From: an uncultured virus (IMG/VR IMGVR_UViG_2061766007_000848)
Taxonomy: Duplodnaviria > Heunggongvirae > Uroviricota > Caudoviricetes
Direction: 5' to 3' (one strand)
Length of the DNA stretch: 64,000 nt
Virus record (IMG/VR): IMGVR_UViG_2061766007_000848
Below the pieces are notes generated by a model, which was not told the DNA's origin, searched no databases, and saw only the letters and a list, made by a program, of their open reading frames with translations. Positions within the stretch are counted from its first letter, which is position 1. Each line of letters opens with the position of its first letter. A program made the translations under genes and the position numbers. Below are positions 45,675 to 54,142 of this stretch, one piece after another.

Positions 45675-46364
45675 TTAAAACGGCAATTTGTCAATAGCCC
45701 TTGAATAAATTTCTTCGGGCAATTGTTTTTTTATGTAACCTTGCTCGTAGAACATCAGCCCCGATTGTGACCGATAGAATTTTGAAGCCAATTTCCACTT
45801 CACTTCATGAAAATCCTCTACAGGAACTTTCCGCATCAAAATATATTCTTTGTTTTGTTGTTCAACCTGGGGTTTCGAACGCTTTTTGTATGAATGCGGA
45901 AATTCCCGATAATATTCTAAATAGGCAACCATTGACTGAAGCGTTTCCCGAACAAAAAAGTGGAATGGATGTCCAACCCCCCACGGAGCCAAAATTGTAT
46001 AATCGGGGTTCTGCTTCAAAAACTTTTTGACCCAGGCTTTCAGCGTTTCCTCGATTTCATTAAGCGTATCACGCCCGAAATATTCATTCAAGTATTTGTA
46101 GACGTTTTCCAAGACTATTCCTTTCGGGTACGTCTTATTGTATCCGTAGTAACTTTCATCCTTGAAATCAAGCCCCAAATGGTAGCAGGGGATATTTAAA
46201 AACTCGAACAACCGCTCGTCTTCTGCCGCTCTTCTTTCATCGTTTTCAACTACCAAAACCTGAACTTCGTATTCAGGAAAAAATAAAACGTGGGAACAAC
46301 TAAACAAAGCGTCATCGGAATGCGGAGAAACAATCAAGTATTTCTTTACTTCTTTTTTGCCCAT
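45675..46364 (-). CDS. PIG-L/LmbE-family de-N-acetylase
   Basis: IVSPHSDD, R.AED, APWGVGHP.H and Y.SQ motifs. Confidence 0.82.
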   Translation of the reverse strand: MGKKEVKKYLIVSPHSDDALFSCSHVLFFPEYEVQVLVVENDERRAAEDERLFEFLNIPCYHLGLDFKDESYYGYNKTYPKGIVLENVYKYLNEYFGRDTLNEIEETLKAWVKKFLKQNPDYTILAPWGVGHPFHFFVRETLQSMVAYLEYYREFPHSYKKRSKPQVEQQNKEYILMRKVPVEDFHEVKWKLASKFYRSQSGLMFYEQGYIKKQLPEEIYSRAIDKLPF

Positions 46365-46366
46365 CT

Positions 46367-47299
46367 TTATTTACTTACTTTAATGTTCAACTTCACCCCT
46401 TGTAACTTTGGATTAGTTGAAACTTTCTTGACGGGCTTAACAAACGCTCTCATTTCAGCATCCCAATCAAATCCAGGCTTTTTGTGATTTATAGTGCAAC
46501 GGCAGTAAGGATGAGTTGGCGAAATAGTCGGTTTCCATTCATCAACTTTCCGCCCAATATTATTTCCATTTGCAACGATTTCTTTCAACTTGAAAACCTT
46601 TGGTTCGCTTTCTGGGTCGTCTGGGTCTGTTAAATAAAGTTTCATGCAATGTTTACATGCTTCTTCATATACATCGAAATAAACTTCCGCATCCGGACCA
46701 TACTCACGTAATATACTTTGAGCCCTTCCCGAATTATATGCTTCATGAGTCAAGTAGTAAGCAATTCGCAACCAATCTACCTCCCAATCCTTTGAAGTCT
46801 CAGCAAGGTCGGCTGCAAGCCCCCTGGCTCCTGTTCGGAGTTGGATAGCGTTTATGGTTTTTTGCTTTATCATATTTTGGACTACAACCGCCTGCTGTTG
46901 GTTATTCCTTAAAACAGCGTTGCTCAAACCTGTTCGCATTCTACTACCTAAATTGGTAATATCGGTGTAAGCACGATTTTTTACAGTCTCCAGGGCAAAT
47001 TCTTCTTCTTTGGTCAGCGGAATAAAGTTTCCAGAGGCCAGGAACCTTTGGAATTGAGCGTATGTCATTTTCTTTGCCCTTGCGTCCCCGATTGCTTCTG
47101 CTAAAATACCGAAAAGAAAAGCGTGCTCAATGACGCCTTTCTTGTTTTTGTATTTGTCGAGATTGATTCCAGCGGCAAGCAAAATACTTTTATCGGTTTG
47201 GGACAAATAATTCAATCCCAACTGGCTTGCAATAAATACCAATTCATATCTTTTCAGAATTGATAGTAAGTCCTGTATTTGGCTTTGGGTGAAAATCAT
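46367..47299 (-). CDS. MuF/SPP1 gp7-like minor head protein
   Basis: WLRIA......AYN.G, ACKHC..LY and PTHPYCRC motifs. Confidence 0.8.
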   Translation of the reverse strand: MIFTQSQIQDLLSILKRYELVFIASQLGLNYLSQTDKSILLAAGINLDKYKNKKGVIEHAFLFGILAEAIGDARAKKMTYAQFQRFLASGNFIPLTKEEEFALETVKNRAYTDITNLGSRMRTGLSNAVLRNNQQQAVVVQNMIKQKTINAIQLRTGARGLAADLAETSKDWEVDWLRIAYYLTHEAYNSGRAQSILREYGPDAEVYFDVYEEACKHCMKLYLTDPDDPESEPKVFKLKEIVANGNNIGRKVDEWKPTISPTHPYCRCTINHKKPGFDWDAEMRAFVKPVKKVSTNPKLQGVKLNIKVSK

Positions 47300-47301
47300 G
47301 A

Positions 47302-48318
47302 CTAATAGCCCTCTGTATCTACGTTGCTATACAAAACCATTTTGATATCTTCTGAAGGGTGAACCATAGCATTTTTGTCTAAATCTATACCGCCATCAAA
47401 GTCCTTGAGTCCGCTATAAAATGGTCTAAGATTTTTGTTGTTTTTGTTATTCAGAATAAGGTGCAAACCACCGCTTGGCGTTTCGTACTCAGCCGCAACT
47501 TTAATATTGGCTTNNNNNNNNNNCACATAGTCTTTAGTTTGCTGTTCACTGCGGCTATTTATCGAAATATAAGCACGAGCGTTGTTGTAACTTGCTGACT
47601 TAATGATGTCATCCTTTATTTTATCAAGTTCCTGGGGACTGTGAACAATATAGTAGTCCAGATATTCAGCGCCCGAATGGTACGAACCTTTTGCCTTTCC
47701 CGCCATTTTCCATTGCCAAGCNNNNNNNNNNNNNNNNNNNNNNNNNNNNNNCCGCTTAATCACCTGGACAAAATAAACGTCATCGGGTGAATCAAAAGTC
47801 ATGTAATTCTTTACCAAATCGAAATTATCAACAATATTCCTACGCTGATAAAGAACATTATCATTCTTCAATTCGGATTCCGTAATAACATCGCCATTGA
47901 TAGTCCTTCCTGTATCATTGCCGTCGTAAATCAAACGCCAATTCCCCTTTGGAGTTCTACGTAGGTTGAATTTTGTTACATCATCGAAAGCCCCATTGAT
48001 TTGCGAAAAAATTTCTTTCAAAGCGTTCACGCCATGTTTGCCGTTCACACCAGTTCCCTCGATTATTTTTGAACCGCCTTGTTGAACTACGTGCCAATCG
48101 TATTGGGTTTGAGAACCTACTTTCGTTGGCGACCAAACGTAGGTCTTGCCATTATAGGTGATAACATCTCCAGGCATTCGGGCTTTTTCAAAATCTGAAC
48201 CGAATTCGTCAGCAAAAGCCTTAACAATATCCAAATCTTCATCGGGCTTATTATTCCCGAAAGATTTTGCGATGTTGCTTGCTATTGCCGCTCTATGTGA
48301 ACTAATATCCTCGAACAT
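47302..48318 (-). CDS. Putative virion-packaged protein: leader + YDWHVV module + AEP/primase-like C-terminal domain
   Basis: Leader HRAAIASNIAKSFG...FEKA; C-terminal DVYFVQVIKR, ARAYISINSRS and ETPSGGLHLI. Enzyme assignment is tentative. Confidence 0.6.
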   Translation of the reverse strand: MFEDISSHRAAIASNIAKSFGNNKPDEDLDIVKAFADEFGSDFEKARMPGDVITYNGKTYVWSPTKVGSQTQYDWHVVQQGGSKIIEGTGVNGKHGVNALKEIFSQINGAFDDVTKFNLRRTPKGNWRLIYDGNDTGRTINGDVITESELKNDNVLYQRRNIVDNFDLVKNYMTFDSPDDVYFVQVIKRXXXXXXXXXXAWQWKMAGKAKGSYHSGAEYLDYYIVHSPQELDKIKDDIIKSASYNNARAYISINSRSEQQTKDYVXXXXANIKVAAEYETPSGGLHLILNNKNNKNLRPFYSGLKDFDGGIDLDKNAMVHPSEDIKMVLYSNVDTEGY

Positions 48319-48320
48319 GA

Positions 48321-48518
48321 TTATAAAGTTTTTTCGGTTTCTATTTTAAATTCTTCTTTGTTCTTAATAGCCGATGCGGTTGCTTGCGCCAAGTATTTTA
48401 AGACTTCTGCAACCGCTGAAGCAGTGTTCTTCCTCCATTCCTTTATGAAAACATTTTCATATTGCGTAACCGCTGGAAATGGGGAAGGGATGAAATGGCT
48501 GTGTTTATGCCCCGACAT
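48321..48518 (-). CDS. Small hypothetical protein
   Basis: 65 aa ORF tightly packed between neighbours. Confidence 0.55.
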   Translation of the reverse strand: MSGHKHSHFIPSPFPAVTQYENVFIKEWRKNTASAVAEVLKYLAQATASAIKNKEEFKIETEKTL

Positions 48519-48529
48519 ATTTGAATCGT

Positions 48530-49819
48530 TTATGCATTTTCCTCATCATCGTCAGGATTTTCATCCTGATACAAACTGACTATTTCGTTAACAGTAGCGC
48601 AAGACAAAGCAGCTGCCGCTAATTTTTTTGAGTCGTCATCCCAGTGATTTTCCATCCAAGAATCACTTTTATGATTATTCAAAATATCGGTTCTTAAAGC
48701 ATAATCAGNNNNNNNNNNNNNNNNNNNNNNNNNNNNNNNNNNNNNNNNNNNNNNNNNNNNNNNNNNNNNNNNNNNNNNNNNNNNNATTTTTTAATTAAAT
48801 AGTTATCATACAAAGAAAATAACTTTTTAGGTGAAATCTTTTTTCTAATTAATTCGTCAACCTGTTTATCGGCTTCACCCTGACTTAAATCAATGAATTG
48901 TTCAANNNNNNNNNNNNNNNNNNNNNNNNNNNNNNNNNNNNNNNNNNNNNNNCATAAGGTCGTCGAACAAACCGCCTTTCCCCTGGAATTTTTCATTATA
49001 CAAATCTTTCAAAATTCCATTAAAAGCACGTTTTACTTCAGGAGTTGATTGCTTGAAAGTAGAATTATCTATTTTCAAATCATTTACCCTGGAATTATCC
49101 GATGGTTTTTCGCTTTTATCTTCACCCCTATCTTGTTCTTCGTCTTCATAATGCCCTTCGTATTTAACATAGGCATCAACAAGTTCTTTTCTCAAATTTG
49201 GGGTATCATTATTTCTTAATAAATCAATCATGTATTTTCTTGTAGGATAATCGGGCATATTTATGCCGTTATCTTTAGCAATTTTAATGACTTCTTTTTT
49301 AAATTCGGGTTTTGCATATTCTCCTGTTGCATAAACACCTATTCTTGTGAATAAATTATTCTTTGGGTCTTTGTCCATTTTTTTCTGACGCTTAACCAAA
49401 TCCTTTTCATTTTTTGCGTCTGATAAATTATCGCTGCTTCCACGTTTCTTGAGTTCCGCCTGGGCTGCGGCTTTCACTTCGGGCGCTGCATTCTTATCGG
49501 CTGCGGCACGCTTCAATGCATCATCACTTGCACCCGATGCGTAGTTAGCAAGTTTTCCTGAATCAGCCTTTCCTTCGGGCTTTTGTCCGCCCTCTTCAGC
49601 TTTCTTACCTTGCGGTGTTGCTCCACCCTGTTCAGGCGCTGCGGATGAGCCGTATTTTTGACCAACTCGTTTTAGCCGTCTGTTTTCAGCGGTATCTTTA
49701 TAAACACCAGAACGTGCTTTCTCGAATTCATCGTTCAAGTCAAATCCAACCCCAAAGGATTTTTCGATATTACTTTCAATGCTGCGACGATGCGCCATAA
49801 GTTCTTCTAATTGTCCCAT
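48530..49819 (-). CDS. Putative virion-packaged protein with shared leader and helical repeat
   Basis: Start MGQLEELMAHRRSIESNIEKSFG at 49819, below a CAGTTATA motif. Continues across two N-gaps to TAA at 48530. Confidence 0.65.
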
Positions 49820-49823
49820 AATT

Positions 49824-50385
49824 TTAAAATTTAATTCCAAAATCAATTGTATAATTATAACTGTTTTCAAACCTAATACCCGAAACGCCAATCATGTATT
49901 TACTTTTTATGTCCATACCTACTTGCAATTTGTTTGCTTTGAAATCGGCTGACGTTCCAACCAATATCCATGGTATAAAAACTTTGGCAGAATTTTCTTT
50001 GACGACTTCTTTTTCGATTATAGTCTTAATAATAGGCTGGATTGTAGAAGTTGATGAAATAAGTTTGTTTTGGTTTACAACGGCATCTACCTTAAACACT
50101 CCTAAAGTATCATTGGAAAAGTCCAGGTTGTATTTGCGTTCCAAATAATAGTCCTGCCAAACGGCAAACAGCGCAGCCGTATCGGTATAAACAAAAACTG
50201 GTACGTCAACAGGAATCTTGACCTCGTATGGGATTGGGTTGCAAATGGTATCGTGAATGGTATCGCCCTTANNNNNNNNNNNNNNNNNNNNNCGGTTCCG
50301 TGGGCTTAACGCTTGACCTGCCCCAAAAATAGCCTATCAAAAGTGTGATAACAATTCCTAATATTGCCGCCCCGATATTTTTCAT
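49824..50385 (-). CDS. Membrane-anchored protein, putative spanin-like lysis component
   Basis: N-terminal TM (IGAAILGIVITLLIGYFWGR), DT-rich linker and C-terminal beta strands ending in F. Joined across an N-gap. Confidence 0.55.
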
Positions 50386-50868
50386 TTTTTCAATCGTTGT
50401 TCGTAAGTTGATACCAGGTTTTCAAGTTGCTGGATGCGTTGTTTGTATTCTTGCTCTCGTTGTTGACTTTCCTCTTCCAAAGCCCTATATTGCTCCAACA
50501 ACTTATCATATTTCATTTTTTCAAGTTCCCGCTGCTTATCGTAGTCATCCCGCATTTCGTTTAATTCGGTTCGGAATGTTTTAACAATTTCGTTGCTTAA
50601 TTTACGCTCGTTCTGATACTCATTGTAAAGTGTATCATACCTTTCCTTCCACCAGCTATCTTTGTTATCAACCTCTTGCTGAAGAACGTCGTACCGCTTT
50701 TTCCAAAAGTCATCACCCTTAATATCGGCTTCAGCCGNNNNNNNNNNNNNNNNNNNNNNNNNNNNNNNNNNNNNNNNNNNNNNNNCTGGAAATAAAAGCA
50801 TACCCGATGCCGCCCACCCCGAAAAGTAGGGAAATAAGTCCAAACAAATTTTCCGACAACCAATTCAT
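50382..50868 (-). CDS. Holin-like protein (N-terminal TM + coiled coil)
   Basis: MNWLSENLFGLISLLFGVGGIGYAF TM helix joined across a gap to a long coiled coil. Confidence 0.55.
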
Positions 50869-51398
50869 GATATCCGTTTTTTCTTTAATTTTGCCNNNNN
50901 NNNNNNNNNNNNNNNNNNNNNNNNNNNNNNNNNNNNNNNNNNNNNNNNNNNNNNNNNNNNNNNNNNNNNNNNNNNNNNNNNNNNNNNNNNNNNNNNNNNN
51001 NNNNNNNNNNNNNNNNNNATTGCTTTGGTTTGGGCGCTAACTTTATTAAAAAATTTGAACCATTCCTTATCGTATGAATTTACAAACTGAAAATCCCGCC
51101 ATCGTATTATCGGTGTCAAAGCATCGTAAGCGTTTGAAAGGTTGTAAGCAAATTCCCTACTTATAGCCGAACAATTTTTGTTCAACGTAAGTCCGGAACC
51201 GCTTTCACTGTCTTCATAAAAGTCGAATGCAATTGCTATTCCAAAAGTTTTATGCCTTCTCCAAAAGTTTAAGACATCAAACGAACTATCTACCTGGACA
51301 TCAACTTTTCGTTTCCGTAACTCGTCAGCCAATAGGTTTTTGAACTCACAGGCTGGTTGGGTGAAACGTTTCGATGTTAGATAGACAGTCTGGCACAT
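50865..51398 (-). CDS. Amidase_3-fold-like protein, apparently lacking catalytic His residues
   Basis: Pattern VYL...LLADELRKRKVDV...AIAFDF......SG......SREFAYNL echoes N-acetylmuramoyl-L-alanine amidases. Confidence 0.4.
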   Translation of the reverse strand: MCQTVYLTSKRFTQPACEFKNLLADELRKRKVDVQVDSSFDVLNFWRRHKTFGIAIAFDFYEDSESGSGLTLNKNCSAISREFAYNLSNAYDALTPIIRWRDFQFVNSYDKEWFKFFNKVSAQTKAXXXXXXXXXXXXXXXXXXXXXXXXXXXXXXXXXXXXXXXXXXAKLKKKRIS

Positions 51399-51409
51399 AA
51401 TTGTAGGCT

Positions 51410-51952
51410 TTATAAAAGTTCTTCCAAGCGGTTTATTTCAGCACGTTTCGATTCACGCTCAGCAACAAGTTCTTCCAGGTTGTACGGCATCGGGCTATGG
51501 GTCATACTGGCCTCGTAGCATTTCAGGATTTTGTAGTCTGAATCTTCAAGTTCTTTTTTGAGCCTGGATATTTTAGCCGAAATTTTCAACGTATCGTTAT
51601 GGACAACTTCCCATTTGCGAATTACCTTATCATCTTCTTCAACGTAATACGGCTCTGTAAAATCGAATTCCCCTAATTCACCCTCGTACTTTGTTGCAAC
51701 AAAATCTTTGTACTCCGAAAGTAGTTTGAGTTCCTCCTTCTTTTTATCTTCGATATTTTTTCTGATGATAATCAATTGCAATTCTTCATAGGTTCTTTCG
51801 GAATCCTTCTTTTCAAGAATTGGATTTATGACGTCATCGGTGACACCTGATTCCTCTAAATCGTTTTGATAATTTGAATTGATTTTCGATAATTCAACGT
51901 CGTAGTCAATAACTTTTACTGAATTGCGACTCAATATTTTTGCTTTTTTCAT
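51410..51952 (-). CDS. Fibre assembly chaperone-like protein
   Basis: C-terminal LK.EL..SDYKILKCYEA......Y....L..ER...RAEINRLE motif typical of genes following fibres. Confidence 0.6.
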   Translation of the reverse strand: MKKAKILSRNSVKVIDYDVELSKINSNYQNDLEESGVTDDVINPILEKKDSERTYEELQLIIIRKNIEDKKKEELKLLSEYKDFVATKYEGELGEFDFTEPYYVEEDDKVIRKWEVVHNDTLKISAKISRLKKELEDSDYKILKCYEASMTHSPMPYNLEELVAERESKRAEINRLEELL

Positions 51953-51953
51953 A

Positions 51954-53882
51954 TCAAATTTTACTCAAAATATTAGTGTACCAAAAACCTATTCCAGCTG
52001 TATTGGAACCTCTATTGAACACACACATTAGAACATCATATACATTACAATTATCATTGATTAATTGTATAGTTCCTCTGAGAAGTGTAAAAAGATGTCC
52101 ATTACTCTTAACCATAATACGTCCACTACCTCTTCGGATAAAAATAATTTGTCCATCACGAGGTTGTGGGGGCAGATAAACATCAACGTCATTTCCCGTA
52201 CTATTTTCAACATTGAAATAAGTACACCTCTCATCATTTGAAATATAATAACTATAATTATCAAAATCTTCGTTGCCTATTGTTTTATAACCAACGCAAA
52301 TGTCACCTGCTCTTAATTTATCAAAATAAGCGCCGAAAACTTCTGAATCCCCCAATGAACCATTAGAAAATGCGGCTAAACTTGCAACAATTCCAATATC
52401 ATAACTTCCTATTTGAACAGGAATTCCCTTTATTTTAGCAGCAGAAGTTACATACTTATCTTCATATCTACTCAGTTCTGAAATTTTTTCATACCGATAA
52501 GCATATGAATTAACGCTCAACCCTCGTTTTGCCCGCAAGTCGCAACGCCTGTTGCCTGAATCCGACATGATTATTCCACTGCCTGAACTTACTTGAACGC
52601 TTTCGTCGCCTGTAGTTGTTGCATTCGGGTCATAATCCTGAGTGAACGATAAAATTCTTCCGTCAAAATTCAAAACAGTTCTCGATGGCCATTGCTCTTC
52701 GGGTGCCGGAACTTCAGCCTTGGTTCTTGAACTAATTTTTCCGTTGGTTATTATACCGATTTGGTTCATCCTACCAATAGCCTTTGCAAAGGCTTCATCC
52801 AAACTATCGCCACCCGCAACATCCGGAACTGTTCCAGTATATGGCAACGGCTCCCAGTTTTGCGAAAGCGACGCTGATTGAACTGCAACTTTGACTTGCT
52901 TTTGAAGTTTACGCAAAGCCGAATCAACTGTATCGTTGTTGTTTACGTATGAATTTGGAACATTGTCGTTGAAATCCAAAGATACCCGAATTCCCGTAGC
53001 AAATTTGAACTTATTAATGAACCTTTGAATTTTTCCCAAGCCGTTTTGCAAACTATCACCTGCCGCCAGGTCAATTGCTTCGCCTGTTGTTTGGGGCGCC
53101 TGCATTCGTTTTGCGTAAATTTGAGCGTCAGTGGTTGCCGCTGCAATTGCTGCATTAGCATTGTCCATGATTTGCTGATTTTCGCTTGCTACGTTTTCGA
53201 TGTCTTGTTGGAGCAACTCAATGTCCTGGTCGTAGGTATCTTTTGCAACCGCACCGCCCGATTGGTCAAGTTTAGCATTGAAGGCTGAATTGAAATTAAA
53301 GAACAANNNNNNNNNNNNNNNNNNNNNNNNNNNNNNNNNNNNNNNNNNNNNNNNNNNTGAAAACTTATATTTCACCAGACTCCAAATGTTGTTTCTTTTT
53401 GCCTTGCCTAAAATGTAGTCATTTGAAAAATCGGGCGTCGTTATTTCGTTGAACTGAAAAACGAGTTTCTTGTTAGTGGTATCAAAAACACCCGCAACGT
53501 CATCAATTAAAAGGTTAGAAGAAGTTACGTGGTATTGGATATTAGTCCCCAGGTCGTCGATTAGAATGTTGCCTAATGAATCGTCATACTGAACTTTGGT
53601 TGAAGTGATAGCCAAGGCCAGTGCGTTTCCTTTATCGGTTATCTTGAAAAACTTTCCAACCGATAAACCTACTCCCTGGGCAATGCTCGTCAATTCCGAA
53701 TAGGTGATTGCCGAAATTATGCCTTGATTTAAAATGACCCATTGATTTAGCGCTGGGTCGTAAATCTTATGACACCTTTGACTTGGCGTGCTATCGAACC
53801 AAATCAAGGTAGTATTTTCGGGTGGCGTCGTTCCAATGAACACCCCCGACACTTGACCTAAATTTTTTGTGTTGCCCGTCAT
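51954..53882 (-). CDS. Fibre-like virion protein
   Basis: G.TPP.NT.LIWFD start, three GD(S/T)L..A..K repeats and a C-terminal VYLPPQPRDGQIIFIR module. Confidence 0.65.
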   Translation of the reverse strand: MTGNTKNLGQVSGVFIGTTPPENTTLIWFDSTPSQRCHKIYDPALNQWVILNQGIISAITYSELTSIAQGVGLSVGKFFKITDKGNALALAITSTKVQYDDSLGNILIDDLGTNIQYHVTSSNLLIDDVAGVFDTTNKKLVFQFNEITTPDFSNDYILGKAKRNNIWSLVKYKFSXXXXXXXXXXXXXXXXXLFFNFNSAFNAKLDQSGGAVAKDTYDQDIELLQQDIENVASENQQIMDNANAAIAAATTDAQIYAKRMQAPQTTGEAIDLAAGDSLQNGLGKIQRFINKFKFATGIRVSLDFNDNVPNSYVNNNDTVDSALRKLQKQVKVAVQSASLSQNWEPLPYTGTVPDVAGGDSLDEAFAKAIGRMNQIGIITNGKISSRTKAEVPAPEEQWPSRTVLNFDGRILSFTQDYDPNATTTGDESVQVSSGSGIIMSDSGNRRCDLRAKRGLSVNSYAYRYEKISELSRYEDKYVTSAAKIKGIPVQIGSYDIGIVASLAAFSNGSLGDSEVFGAYFDKLRAGDICVGYKTIGNEDFDNYSYYISNDERCTYFNVENSTGNDVDVYLPPQPRDGQIIFIRRGSGRIMVKSNGHLFTLLRGTIQLINDNCNVYDVLMCVFNRGSNTAGIGFWYTNILSKI

Positions 53883-53887
53883 AGTTC

Positions 53888-54142
53888 TTATCTTGAATAG
53901 GTGTAATTTTCACGTTCACTCCACGCTGAAACAAAGTCCATGGTTCCTTGCGCATATTCGCACTTGGTTACCCCCGATTCAGTTTTCTTACGCATAATGC
54001 GCCAGCCGTTTTCGTCTTCCGAAGTGCCCATGGGTGCCCAACCATAGTAAGTTGTATCCTCTGTTGACGCATCAACAAAAGGTTCAGGCAAATATTCGCC
54101 GAATGTACGCACAATTGGTGCGTTAGTCTTAACTTCTTTCAT
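53888..54142 (-). CDS. Small virion protein
   Basis: YYGWAP.G.......WRI.R........YA.G...F...W..R...TY motif. Confidence 0.55.
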   Translation of the reverse strand: MKEVKTNAPIVRTFGEYLPEPFVDASTEDTTYYGWAPMGTSEDENGWRIMRKKTESGVTKCEYAQGTMDFVSAWSERENYTYSR

